From: a virus
Taxonomy: Duplodnaviria; Caudoviricetes
Length of the DNA stretch: 64,000 nucleotides
Direction: 5' to 3' (one strand)
IMG/VR virus record: IMGVR_UViG_3300033072_001141
Span: 1 to 64,000 of that record
Every line of letters begins with the position of its first letter. The first letter of the stretch is position 1. Under the pieces are notes generated by a model. It saw only the letters and a list, made by a program, of their open reading frames with translations. It was not told where the DNA came from and searched no databases. The position numbers and the translations under genes are program-made. Positions 44,469-54,419 of this stretch are shown here, piece by piece.

Positions 44469-45277
44469 TCCTGACGCTGAACGCGGACCGTCTTGCCCAC
44501 CTCTGTCTGAACGAGGGTGATGTCGCCGGCCGTCTGGCCAGACTTGGCGACGCAGAGAGGCGCTTCTGGATCGAGACCAAGGATCCGGTGGATCTCGGCC
44601 AGCTTCACGGCGAACTCGGTGTCCATGGCGATGGCCACCTGGCCGAGGTGACCAAGCACGATGACCTGGTTGCCCACCGCCGGAACGAACGGAAGATCTG
44701 GCTCCAGCGTGAAGGCACCACCAGCGTACGCCGCGATGCGGCGCGCGACCGCCCCAGAGGCGCTTCGCACAACCACTACCAGGCCATCATAGAAGCCGTT
44801 CGGCTGCCCGGCAGCAGTGTTGACCACGGAAGCCGTGGAGCCCGCCGTGGCCGTCAGGTTGGCCATCACGAGGGCCTGGCCAAGCAGTTCCACACGGTCG
44901 TCGGTAGACGCCAGGCGCTCGCCAGCCGACCCCGCCGGGTAGATGCCAGGGAGGGGTTCCGACCACACCGCGTCAGCGATGTCCTCCACGATGTCCGCCG
45001 GGAGCGGACCGACCTGCACCTCGAAGGCGTAGGTGTCCTCCTCCGGGGTGGTGACCTCGACGTACCAGAGACCGTCGGCGTTCGGCGTGAACTGAATGTA
45101 GTACCGGCCGAGACTGATCTCCGTGACGACCGATGCGACACCGGAGACGGATCCGTTGACGGCGATGTACCGGCCAAACGCTCCGTCAAGCAGACCCGAC
45201 ACCGGCGTCACACCGTCCACGTCGTACGCGGGGAACTGTAGCTGGACTGGGACGCCCTGTGAGCCGAGGATCGCCAT
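44465..45277 (-). CDS. Virion structural protein, leaderless
   Basis: TAAGCT 6 nt before ATG at 45277. Confidence 0.7.
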   Translation of the reverse strand: MAILGSQGVPVQLQFPAYDVDGVTPVSGLLDGAFGRYIAVNGSVSGVASVVTEISLGRYYIQFTPNADGLWYVEVTTPEEDTYAFEVQVGPLPADIVEDIADAVWSEPLPGIYPAGSAGERLASTDDRVELLGQALVMANLTATAGSTASVVNTAAGQPNGFYDGLVVVVRSASGAVARRIAAYAGGAFTLEPDLPFVPAVGNQVIVLGHLGQVAIAMDTEFAVKLAEIHRILGLDPEAPLCVAKSGQTAGDITLVQTEVGKTVRVQRQE

Positions 45278-45309
45278 GGGCACAGCTTACCCTGACGAGG
45301 TCGCGAGCG

Positions 45310-45510
45310 TTACGCCGGCCGCTTGAAGCCCATCGTTTCGAGGACCTCCCACAGCGCAAGGTAGGCACGCCCCTCGTACTTCGTCGCCTCTTCCTCGGAC
45401 GCGAACGTCATCCCATGGCTGACCAGAAGGTCGAACTTCTTGATCGTCCAGACTACGTGAAACTGATCTCTGTCCAACCGGTGCTCACTGATCCGAATCA
45501 GATCCTCCAT
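45310..45510 (-). CDS. Small hypothetical protein
   Basis: GAGGG RBS before MEDLIRI. Confidence 0.5.
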   Translation of the reverse strand: MEDLIRISEHRLDRDQFHVVWTIKKFDLLVSHGMTFASEEEATKYEGRAYLALWEVLETMGFKRPA

Positions 45511-45521
45511 AAAGCACCCTC

Positions 45522-46808
45522 TCAGAAGTCCGTCTCCAGATACAACGAAACAAGATCGAGTCCCACAGCAAGAGCCGTGGCGTTGTTCGTTCTCCACGCC
45601 TGAACCGCGAGCAGCGTGGTGCTAGTAGGAATGTCGGTGGTCCACGTTCCCTCTGACACGTCTCCAGTGTTGAGTCGCTCCACTCTATATCCGACCTGTC
45701 CATCGCCACTGTTGGAGAACAGGATCAGCTCGTAAGCGTCAGCACTCAGTGTCGCTGCTGGAAAGTTGGCGCCAAGATCAACGGTGGTGGCAGTTCCGGA
45801 ACCATCGTTGCGGATAAGATGGAGGTTCGTCGAGGTGGAGAGCTGGCATACGCCGAGCACGTTGGTCAACGTATTCGGCTCTACGTTGGTGGGCGCTCCG
45901 GTCGCGGTGCTCAGGCCGCAGAACATTCTCGCCCCGGACACGGTGGCGGCGTCGCTCGGTACGAATCTCATGACAAGCATGAATCCGCCACCGACGCCAT
46001 CGCCGATGTAGATCTGAGCCGCAGCCAACCTCGCACCGGCAAGAGACCCAGCCGCAGCCGCGGACACGTACCCGAGTCTACGCATGGACGTAGCCATGTT
46101 CGTCACGGCTACCGTTCTCGATGTTGCCGTTCCGGTGGCCGTTGGAGCAGCGATCCCATCGGCCAATGGAGCGATTGTAGCGTTACCAATAGGCTTCCAC
46201 TCGCCAATCCTGTTTCGACCCAAAAACGGCTGTAGACTCGTGTTTCTGCCGCTTGGACCAATGGCGGCTGGAAGCACTCGACCGGCGAGACCTCTACCGA
46301 ACAGCTTCACCCGACTCGCCGCTGGCGGTGCCGGCGTCGCGATTGATTGAAGCGCCAGCTCGGATCCGTCGATGAGCGCATTCCCAGCAGCGGCAGGTGA
46401 CCCTGCTGACACGTACAGGATCGATCCGTCTGAGCCGCTGAACCCAAAACTCCTTTCGCCACCGTTCGCCTCGATGACCTTCCAACCCTCTCCTCTGACG
46501 TACCAGATACCGCTTCCGGCGGGAACCGCGTACGTCCTCGTGAGTCTGGTATTGGTAGTGTCGAACTGGTGAATCGTGACGTTGTGGGTGATCGAGTCGC
46601 GGTTCACGATCTCGACGTATGTGATTACCCTATTCCCGGACCCAGGCGCCGAGACAATCGTTACCGGGGTCGTTCCGTTGCTGCTTCCTCGTTCGTTGAC
46701 GTACGAAAGCGTCGTCCCGGAGTCATCCACGCTGTGCGTGACGAAGTCCACCGACGTACCGGCGGCGCCGAGAAGCATTCTGAGCTGCCACGGGGACGTG
46801 AGAATCAT
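45522..46808 (-). CDS. Fibre-like structural protein, lower GC
   Basis: Gly/Thr/Ala rich; ATGA coupling. Confidence 0.7.
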   Translation of the reverse strand: MILTSPWQLRMLLGAAGTSVDFVTHSVDDSGTTLSYVNERGSSNGTTPVTIVSAPGSGNRVITYVEIVNRDSITHNVTIHQFDTTNTRLTRTYAVPAGSGIWYVRGEGWKVIEANGGERSFGFSGSDGSILYVSAGSPAAAGNALIDGSELALQSIATPAPPAASRVKLFGRGLAGRVLPAAIGPSGRNTSLQPFLGRNRIGEWKPIGNATIAPLADGIAAPTATGTATSRTVAVTNMATSMRRLGYVSAAAAGSLAGARLAAAQIYIGDGVGGGFMLVMRFVPSDAATVSGARMFCGLSTATGAPTNVEPNTLTNVLGVCQLSTSTNLHLIRNDGSGTATTVDLGANFPAATLSADAYELILFSNSGDGQVGYRVERLNTGDVSEGTWTTDIPTSTTLLAVQAWRTNNATALAVGLDLVSLYLETDF

Positions 46809-47761
46809 GACTTGCTCCCGAACATGAGAAGGCGCCTTGCCACATCGTATGTGGTGAGTCCTCCGCCTCCGTACGGCGTGTAACCACCCATATCCGCCAC
46901 TGGAAGCCTGACGCTGATTCCGGTTGGTGATCCGACCTTCGTCAGATTTCCCGTTCCTACGGCAGGTGTCACCGTGGCTGGCACCGTGAAGAACGATGCG
47001 CCGGTGTACGCGAGAGTCCACGACACAACGTCGGTAGGCAACTCTCTCCTGCTCAGGGCCGTGCCAATCGCCGTTCTGAGCTGATCGTCGGTCAGGGTGC
47101 CGGACAGATAGCCAAGTCCGAAGTATCCAGACCTAGCGTCTCTCTCGTCAGTGAACGCGGTTGTCCACCCGATCCTCAGCGTACCGGCTGACGCTGGGCT
47201 CACCGCTCCCGACTGAGATGCCGTGAACTCGTGAGGACCAGGCCCGACCCACACACTCACCGTGGTCGTTCCAGCGCTCTCTGTGACCCTAAGCGCCACG
47301 GCAAAGAACGAACCGACACGAATGTTCGAGAACAGAAGGTTCTGCGGAATCTGTAGCGCCGTTTCGACGCCACCGACATAGACGCGCGCCTGGAACTGTC
47401 CGTACTGCCACCACATCTCCCATCCGGTGGTTCCGTTGATGTTCCTGGCAATCGGATGAACCTTCGACACATCGAGGTTTCTGGCCGGTGAGAAAAGCAC
47501 CAGTACGATGAACTGCGTTGCCCCTGGGGCCAGCCCGGTCGTCGCGCCTTCGTAGTAGTTCGACAGCGAGTCCGTGAAGAACCCTCGGGCGAGAGGAGCC
47601 TCTCCCTCGCGAGGATCGAACACACCCGACCCGTCGCGCATCCGGAACGCGTTTCCGTTCCTTCGGATGCCACCCAGAGCAGACGGATCCGCCAAAGCAT
47701 CGTCCAGGATGATGCCCTCTTCGTCCGACTCTCCAGGTCTCCTGTCAGGAGTCTGAGCCAC
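46805..47761 (-). CDS. Structural protein with LamG/ConA-like domain, lower GC
   Basis: GWEMWW, FFAVAL, LRIGW, LTDDQL pattern. Confidence 0.65.
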   Translation of the reverse strand: MAQTPDRRPGESDEEGIILDDALADPSALGGIRRNGNAFRMRDGSGVFDPREGEAPLARGFFTDSLSNYYEGATTGLAPGATQFIVLVLFSPARNLDVSKVHPIARNINGTTGWEMWWQYGQFQARVYVGGVETALQIPQNLLFSNIRVGSFFAVALRVTESAGTTTVSVWVGPGPHEFTASQSGAVSPASAGTLRIGWTTAFTDERDARSGYFGLGYLSGTLTDDQLRTAIGTALSRRELPTDVVSWTLAYTGASFFTVPATVTPAVGTGNLTKVGSPTGISVRLPVADMGGYTPYGGGGLTTYDVARRLLMFGSKS

Positions 47762-48332
47762 GCTTCACGCGTCTCCTGGTCGCCTGGACCGCTCTCTTGG
47801 CTACCGGAGATGACGGCACCGCCTGAGCATCCGCCTGAGCATCCTCAGACATGGCCTCGCGGAGACGCTGCTCCTTGATGGACACTGGGGCGCGCCTTCC
47901 CTCCGGCCTGCCCTCCGACGCAGCATCGAGCACCGGCTGCTCGGATGCCTCCTTCTCCAGCTCGATCAGCTTGGCGCGTTCGGCGTCGAAGCGCTTCTTC
48001 ACCAGACCCACGAGCTTCTCGGTCTGCAACACCGCTCCGCTCTTGGCGATGACGGCGTTGGTAGCCTGCGCGTGCAACGTGGTGCAGACGCCCATGGCAC
48101 GCTGCACCCACTTGGAAACAACCGACGCCGTCTCCATCGGGATTTTGCCGTCGTTGAGGTCCTGCTGTAGGTGCGGGAGGAGCTGCCCGATCAACTTCTC
48201 CGCCGTCGCATAGGCCGCCTTGGCACCTTCCTGCTGCTGCACCTCGACCTTCGCCGCTTCGAGCTGGTCGTCGAGGTCCGCGCCGATGTCGTTGGTGACC
48301 GCGACGCGAATCTGCTGCTTGAGCACACTCAC
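47745..48332 (-). CDS. Coiled-coil hypothetical protein
   Basis: GAGGTGA RBS; heptad pattern. Confidence 0.65.
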   Translation of the reverse strand: MSVLKQQIRVAVTNDIGADLDDQLEAAKVEVQQQEGAKAAYATAEKLIGQLLPHLQQDLNDGKIPMETASVVSKWVQRAMGVCTTLHAQATNAVIAKSGAVLQTEKLVGLVKKRFDAERAKLIELEKEASEQPVLDAASEGRPEGRRAPVSIKEQRLREAMSEDAQADAQAVPSSPVAKRAVQATRRRVKRGSDS

Positions 48333-48350
48333 CTCATGCCTCCATCTGAA

Positions 48351-49931
48351 TCAGGTGTAGCGCGCGTACGGGACGACGCAGATCACATCGGGCGTGGCAC
48401 CGGTTCCCTTGAGGGCGAACTCGAACCGGAGCTGGCCGTTGGCCAGCGACGTGCCGGGGTAGTAGTCGTTGTTCGCCGCCGCGTTCGCGCCAGGCCGGAG
48501 GAGCTGTCCGTTCAGGAACACGTCGTAGTCGGTGAGGAAGTCGCCGATGCTCATGTCGGGTAGCTGCGCGCTGAGGTTCGCACCTCCTCCGACGCCACCC
48601 ACGTCCGTGTCGGCCGCCGTGTTCGCCGTAACGGCGGCATACACCTTCGGCCGACGGCGCGCCTGGGCGATCGCGCGCAGGAGCGAGACCTCGCCGAAGG
48701 CGGTCTCGAACCTGTCCCACTCCGCCGTGGTGTCGGAGAGCTTGATGCCGGCCGTCTGCGCCCAGGTGGAGCCGGCCTGGTTGCCGTCGTCGAGGTACAG
48801 TTCGGCGAAGCCGCGCACCTCCAGGTCGCCGGCCGTCGTCGCGAGCACGCCGTCCGTGACGCCGACCGCGATGGGCCTGGTGCCGCCGGACCGGATGGTC
48901 GCGCCCGCCGCGAAGTCGTTCACGACCGCGTCGTTGTTGAACATGTCCACGTCCGTGCCGAACTGGATCTGAGACGTGCCGCCGCCGCTTCCCTCCAGGA
49001 CGCGGAAGAGCAACGCGTTCGTGAGGTCGCGGATGCGCCACGCGATGCCGGCGCTGTTGAGGTCCAGGTCGGCGTTGGTGGTCAGCTCGACGGGCGTGGT
49101 GCCCTGGTTGTCGTAGGCCACCTGGCGGGTGACGGTGGATCCCGAGGGGGTGTCCACGATCGCTCCACGGAGGAAGTCCTGCTCGTTGAGGTCCTCCAGC
49201 GCCTTGCGCTCGACCGACGCGTAGTTGACCGTCCGACCCTCGATGTCGGAGACCGGACACGCCTCCAGGTCGTCTCCCGCCGCGTTGATGCGCACGAACG
49301 AGAGCTGCGCCCTGTTCGGCGTGGTGCCCGTCATCGTGTGGCCGTCGGTCGCGGTCTCGGTCTGGAAGAGCGCGTAGACCGTGCGGCCAGAGGAAACGAT
49401 GGGATCGCGAGACGCACCGTCCACCACCTCGCAGAGGTTCTTCGGGCTGATCGCCGTCGATCCGGACACCTCGGTCAGCGAGTGCGAGGTGCCGAACGAG
49501 CCGCCATGAGCTGCCGCCACCGTGCCGCGCGTCGTGACCGCGCCGACCGCCGCCGTGGTGTTGCTCGGAAGCTGGGCGAGCGAAAGGACGACGTAGTTCT
49601 GGGTCGCCGGAACCGCCACGTCGGAGAGGTTCGTGACCGTCACGAGAACGCGCTTGCGCTCCAGCGCGTGGAGGTCGTCCGCGATGGTCTGGACGCCACG
49701 AACTGCGCCCTCGGACGGAAACACCGGCGGAGCCGTGAAGGCGTCGTACCAGTTCCCGGTCTGGAGGTCGTTGAAGTACGACAGCATCGACCGGATGTTG
49801 TTCAGGTCATCTGCGAGGCTGACCGCTCCCGACTCCATGGTCGCCGCGGGAGCCACGTTGTCCACGAAGCCGACATCCGACTGGTTCGTCGAGCTGACCT
49901 GAGCATCCTGACGAATGAAGGTGCGGGCCAT
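48351..49931 (-). CDS. Virion structural protein (fibre/collar-like)
   Basis: AGGAG RBS; TGgTAGGCT extended -10 at 49953-49961. Confidence 0.7.
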   Translation of the reverse strand: MARTFIRQDAQVSSTNQSDVGFVDNVAPAATMESGAVSLADDLNNIRSMLSYFNDLQTGNWYDAFTAPPVFPSEGAVRGVQTIADDLHALERKRVLVTVTNLSDVAVPATQNYVVLSLAQLPSNTTAAVGAVTTRGTVAAAHGGSFGTSHSLTEVSGSTAISPKNLCEVVDGASRDPIVSSGRTVYALFQTETATDGHTMTGTTPNRAQLSFVRINAAGDDLEACPVSDIEGRTVNYASVERKALEDLNEQDFLRGAIVDTPSGSTVTRQVAYDNQGTTPVELTTNADLDLNSAGIAWRIRDLTNALLFRVLEGSGGGTSQIQFGTDVDMFNNDAVVNDFAAGATIRSGGTRPIAVGVTDGVLATTAGDLEVRGFAELYLDDGNQAGSTWAQTAGIKLSDTTAEWDRFETAFGEVSLLRAIAQARRRPKVYAAVTANTAADTDVGGVGGGANLSAQLPDMSIGDFLTDYDVFLNGQLLRPGANAAANNDYYPGTSLANGQLRFEFALKGTGATPDVICVVPYARYT

Positions 49932-49964
49932 CTTTTCTCCTGCGGTTGTGGGAGCCTACCACGC

Positions 49965-50651
49965 TCATGGAGCGGGCACGTAGTCGATCACCAGCTTGTC
50001 CGTTGAGCGCGGAGGGAACTGCATGTGGATCGTGTCGTACCCGGTCCCGATGCCACCGCTCTCCTCGGCCACGTAGTCGTTGCCTGCGCCCTCGTCGAGC
50101 AACACCCCGTTGAGGTACACCGACTCGCGCTCGTAGCCCACGTGGACGAACTTGGCGCCCACGGTGAAGATGAGGTTCACCGAGTTCTTCGTGCCGAGGA
50201 CCGGCTCCCGGTATCTCCGCACGGCGGATCCATCGGGTCCGCCGAAGGCCACGTCCTGCGGCGAGACCAGCAGCTCGTTCGAGCTGGTCGCCACCGCCAT
50301 CTGCTGGAAGAAGACGGATCCGGACGGGTAGGTCAGGTCTCCGACCTTTGCCAGACGCCCATCGGTGCCTACCAGGTACGCCACACCGGCGACGAGACCG
50401 GTGTAGATGCCCACCATCGGACCGTGGAACTGCACAACGCAGAGCGTCGGGCTGTCCTTTCGGACAATGACGCCGACCGCCGGTGGGCTGCCGGGGACCG
50501 TGATGTCCACCCTGGCGACCTGGTATCGGTTCGCGACCTTCGGCCCGGTGATGCGAACGCAGTCGCCGACGAGATCTCCGGCCAAGCAGTTGGCCTTGCC
50601 CAAGATCTTCTGCGCGCGGGGAATCGAGGCTGCGTTCACCTTCGCGGTCAT
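49965..50651 (-). CDS. Virion structural protein
   Basis: GLVAGVAYLVGTDG; VYLNGVLL..G..NDY motif shared with the 48351 C-terminus. Confidence 0.65.
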   Translation of the reverse strand: MTAKVNAASIPRAQKILGKANCLAGDLVGDCVRITGPKVANRYQVARVDITVPGSPPAVGVIVRKDSPTLCVVQFHGPMVGIYTGLVAGVAYLVGTDGRLAKVGDLTYPSGSVFFQQMAVATSSNELLVSPQDVAFGGPDGSAVRRYREPVLGTKNSVNLIFTVGAKFVHVGYERESVYLNGVLLDEGAGNDYVAEESGGIGTGYDTIHMQFPPRSTDKLVIDYVPAP

Positions 50652-50665
50652 CGGGCCCCAGCCTA

Positions 50666-51301
50666 TCAGAGCCGCGCGTCGTCGTTCCTCGTCACGGCGC
50701 TCACGATCTCGACCGCCGCGGAAGTTGCGCGCGCGGCCACCGGGCTGACCGTCGCCAGCGTCAGTTCGGCCACATGCTCTGGCTGGACCTCAAGCTCCTG
50801 GATGGACACGTCCGAGGAGGTCGCGTCGAAGTCGGAGCCCGCCTTGTACCTCGTCGGCAGGCAGTCGTAGAGGATCCACCCGCGGCCTGGAGTTCGTAGT
50901 GCTGCCTGGAGGAACGCCGTGTCGGGGAACGAGAGATTCGAGCCTGTGACCTGCGACTGCACCTTCCAGCCGAGGAAGTGGACGATCACGAGCGTGCGCC
51001 GAATCGGCTGCCGCCCGACGATGGCCCCGGTGATCCAGTTGTAGAAGTCGGAGTCGTAGAAGCGCGCCCCCCTGGACATCGAGACCGGACCTGCCTCGGC
51101 CTTCTTCACGATCCGGCGCTTGTACTCCCAGTTCCCCGGTTGCACATCGCGCAGCTCGACGGAGATCTCCGGAGCGGTGCAGGCCGAGAAGCCGAGCGCC
51201 GGATCGAAGATGCTGAGCAGCGAGTTCCCGCTGGGTCCCGACGCATCGAAGACCCAGAACGGGAACGCCTGCATCATGTCGAGAAGCCGCGCTCTCGCCA
51301 A
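50666..51301 (-). CDS. Tail tube-like protein, paralogue 2 (gp19/gp54-like)
   Basis: GFSACTAPEI, GPVSMSRG, P.RYKAGSDFDATSSDVSIQELEV; TTG start. Confidence 0.85.
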   Translation of the reverse strand: MARARLLDMMQAFPFWVFDASGPSGNSLLSIFDPALGFSACTAPEISVELRDVQPGNWEYKRRIVKKAEAGPVSMSRGARFYDSDFYNWITGAIVGRQPIRRTLVIVHFLGWKVQSQVTGSNLSFPDTAFLQAALRTPGRGWILYDCLPTRYKAGSDFDATSSDVSIQELEVQPEHVAELTLATVSPVAARATSAAVEIVSAVTRNDDARL

Positions 51302-51304
51302 AAC

Positions 51305-52117
51305 CTACCGTCCTTCCGAGAAGATACCGAACTTGCGTTCGCAACGGATGCCGAGGCTGTCAGCGTAGATTGCAAGCCCAAGCGCGTCCACGTTCTGACC
51401 GAAGAACCGGAGCTGTCCGATGCCGGTCTTCAACATCGACCTCGTACCCTTCGCACCATACTCCATCGCGAGTGCCTGAGCGTCGTCGAGCATCCGAACG
51501 CTCTTCGATGTCAGCGCGCCAACCAGGTACGACCTCGTGCGTCGCTTGTCCGCCCAGCGGTTCCACGACCCATCGGAGTCCCAGAGTCCGCGAAGGAAGT
51601 GGGTGCGGTGGCCGCCGGCCTGGGGGATGCGGATCCTCTCTGCCTTGTTGCCGTAGCTGAGGCCCAACATCTCCTCGGCCAGCTCCACCAACGTGATGCC
51701 GCCGAGGTAGACGCTGACGCAGCCCTTGCGCTCGTAGAGGGAGCCGCCGCCGCTGAGGTCGCGAACACGCTCGCACACCTCCCGCGTCCCGCACAGATGG
51801 ACCGCCCTCCGCTCGATCCACCCGTCGCCGGAGATGAGGCCCCATGCCCACGCGCTGGCCGGCGTCCACGTCGCCCAAAACTCGCTCTTGAACGGCAAGA
51901 CGCGGTTCATGCGCCCGTTGGCCGAGCGGTAGTCCTCCGGCGTCCGAAGAACCCCGCGCGCCTCTAGGAAGCGCCTTGCACGGTCGCGAGGGAACCCTGT
52001 GACCCTCGATGCCGCCGCGCTGGAGCCCAGTTCCTCGTAGGCACGAAGGAGCGCTGACTCCATCTCTGGAGTTACCTCACGTCGGTTCCAGGCAGCGGCG
52101 CCGACTACGAACACCAC
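51305..52117 (-). mobile_element. Free-standing LAGLIDADG (intein-type, double-motif) endonuclease with HTH
   Basis: WGLISGDG, FLRGLWDSDGS; own TGcTAGGAT box 6 nt before GTG. Confidence 0.88.
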
Positions 52118-52139
52118 GCCTGCATCCTAGCACAAGAGG

Positions 52140-52415
52140 CTAGGACTGGGCGACGATCTCCATGGCGCGCGGAAGCGGATCCGAGCACCGAGGGAAGTGC
52201 ATGGCGCTGGTCTCCGGGTACGCGGCCGTGCCGAACTCGGCGACCATCACGCCGTCTCGCCATGCGCGAGACCGGCCCGGGTACTTCCGGTCCTTTCCGC
52301 CGGGCACCGTCACAGTGATGATGTCCACGGTGACCTCGTCGGCCTCGATCACCTCTCCCGATTCGAGTCTGACCTGCATGAGCGCCTCCATGTCGAGCAG
52401 CCGCGGACGAGCCAC
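52140..52415 (-). CDS. Small ORF carrying the duplicated tube-2 N-terminus
   Basis: MARPRLLDM vs MARARLLDM. Confidence 0.6.
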   Translation of the reverse strand: MARPRLLDMEALMQVRLESGEVIEADEVTVDIITVTVPGGKDRKYPGRSRAWRDGVMVAEFGTAAYPETSAMHFPRCSDPLPRAMEIVAQS

Positions 52416-52445
52416 AGGGAGACCCCCTACGGGAGGATCCCGTGG

Positions 52446-53015
52446 TCAGACGCCGATGCGGGTGCCGTCCGGGCGGATGACGCCCCAGCGCTCGACGGCC
52501 ACGTCCATCTCCATGATGCCCACGTCCGAGGTGGAGGCGTCGAGGTCGCCCGCGATCTTCACGCGGATGGGGAACGCCTCGAAGAGGAAGTAGCGCTTCG
52601 CCTCGTTGTTCGGGAACGAGGTCGCGAGGTCGTGCGGGAACGACCGGCCGGCGCGCGTCGCGTGGAACACCGTGATGTCCGTGCGGTACTCGCGACCCTC
52701 GATGGCCGCCAGGACCCAGCTCAGGAACGCCGTGTCGTTCCTGCCGACGCCGCGGGAGAAGGTGCAGTCGTTCACCGTGGGGACGCCCGGGTACTTCTCG
52801 GTGTAGGTCTTGATGCCCTCCCGGTACTCGGCCGCCTCGACCGTGAACTCCGGGGTGGTGACCGCCGTGAAGCCCGCCTCGGACGTGTCACCCACGCCTG
52901 GCGAGGGAACACCACCGGGCTGCATCGCGTCGATGGCCGCGAGTCCGTCGATCGCGCCAGCGCGCGCGTGGAAGCGGAAGTTGTGCAGCGGATCCGTCGC
53001 CTGAGCCCTCGCCAT
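52446..53015 (-). CDS. Tail tube protein (T4 gp19-like)
   Basis: DPLHNFRF, GFTAVTTP, YREG, KYPG, FLFEAFP...GDLDASTSDV. Confidence 0.92.
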   Translation of the reverse strand: MARAQATDPLHNFRFHARAGAIDGLAAIDAMQPGGVPSPGVGDTSEAGFTAVTTPEFTVEAAEYREGIKTYTEKYPGVPTVNDCTFSRGVGRNDTAFLSWVLAAIEGREYRTDITVFHATRAGRSFPHDLATSFPNNEAKRYFLFEAFPIRVKIAGDLDASTSDVGIMEMDVAVERWGVIRPDGTRIGV

Positions 53016-53033
53016 GTGCCTGCTCCTTCTTCG

Positions 53034-53582
53034 TCAGTAGCTCGGAGTCAGAACCACGTTCCGACCGATGATGTCACCCAGGGTGGTGAACCTTCCCTCG
53101 CCCAGTTCGAGTGGGGTGGGAAGCTGGGACACCCGGTTGATGAACTCTCGGAGGGTCATGTCCTCCTCGGCCATCTCCGTAGCGATCAGGTTGTACAACG
53201 ACGGCCACTTCTCGACCATGGCCAGCACGTACAGCCCGCGGTTGAGGGACCAGTGGTTGCGCGACTCGCTCCTCCACCCACCGGAAGAACGCAGCGCGCG
53301 ACCGAAAGCCCTGGTCGGATCCATCTCTCGCAGGTCGATACCCTGCTGCGCGAACCTCTCCGCCGCGGACAGACCGTAGGCCGACGCCGCGTTCTCGCGG
53401 ATCCATCGGCGCCAGCTCGCCTGGTCCAGACCCTCGTGGCCCATGACCATGACTGGCAGGACGCCCTGCGCCTCCTGCGCCGGCCGAGATGCGTTGTCGA
53501 GACGCACGACACGCACGATCAGCCCCTCGTCGTCCGGAGGGGCGAAGGCGAGCGCGGAATCGAGCTGCTCGGAGAGCTTCAT
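53034..53582 (-). CDS. Hypothetical protein with shared leader (MKLSEQLDSAL), leaderless mRNA
   Basis: TGaTACGGT 7 nt before ATG. Confidence 0.7.
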   Translation of the reverse strand: MKLSEQLDSALAFAPPDDEGLIVRVVRLDNASRPAQEAQGVLPVMVMGHEGLDQASWRRWIRENAASAYGLSAAERFAQQGIDLREMDPTRAFGRALRSSGGWRSESRNHWSLNRGLYVLAMVEKWPSLYNLIATEMAEEDMTLREFINRVSQLPTPLELGEGRFTTLGDIIGRNVVLTPSY

Positions 53583-53595
53583 GGTCTGAACCGTA

Positions 53596-54378
53596 TCACG
53601 CGGCTGGCCGCGCGGTCACTCGGGCGAGCATCGCTGCCGCCGCTCCGGCGGTGACGAGACGAAGTCGCTCGTCGCCGCCCAGCATGATGGGCGAGCTGAT
53701 CAGGATCACTCCGCCGGCACCCGTCTGGATCGTGGCCGCCGTGCCATCTGGCAGGACGGTGGAGAGGGTGTAGCTGGCCGCGCCGGTCACCTGGAGCAGG
53801 ACCCTGTCCACCCTCCACAGGGCCGGCTTGGACACGGGCTGACCGTCCACGAGCTTCTTGACTGTGAAGTCGAAGTCGAAGACGCCGCCGAACGTCGCCT
53901 CGGGGAAGAGACGCACACCATCCACATCCACCGGCTCCGACGGAAGATTGGCACCTCCGGTCAGCGACGACACAACGAAGCCGGCGTTCACCACCGTGTC
54001 TGGCAGCGCCGGCAGGTTACCAGCGGCACCTCCCAGCGCGTTCAGCAGGTTCACCTGGTTGCCGCCGCCGACCGACGCGTAGAGCGCGATACCCGGCGTG
54101 CGGTTGATGGCGGCGATGATGGCGTCGCGGACCGCCGATGCCGACATCGCGTCGGTGACGAAGACGCGCCTCGTCGTGGTCGTCTCCTGGACGCCGCCGG
54201 CCGGGTTCTTGTCGAAGACGAAGGTGAAGACCTCCTTCGCGCGCGCACGCAGCTTGAAGGTCTCCCCCTGCGCCAACAAGAGACCGGCGACGGTGGTGAT
54301 CGTGCCCGACGAACCGCCGTTGGCTCCCGTGAACTGGGAGCCCGCTGCGATTCGCTGCTCGATGGTCAGAAAGCTCAC
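53596..54378 (-). CDS. Virion structural protein
   Basis: TFVFDKN...VRDAIIAAIN; lies between sheath and tube genes. Confidence 0.65.
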   Translation of the reverse strand: MSFLTIEQRIAAGSQFTGANGGSSGTITTVAGLLLAQGETFKLRARAKEVFTFVFDKNPAGGVQETTTTRRVFVTDAMSASAVRDAIIAAINRTPGIALYASVGGGNQVNLLNALGGAAGNLPALPDTVVNAGFVVSSLTGGANLPSEPVDVDGVRLFPEATFGGVFDFDFTVKKLVDGQPVSKPALWRVDRVLLQVTGAASYTLSTVLPDGTAATIQTGAGGVILISSPIMLGGDERLRLVTAGAAAAMLARVTARPAA

Positions 54379-54419
54379 CTGCGTCTCCGATCAGACCGCC
54401 CCGAGGAGCGGGCCAGAAA

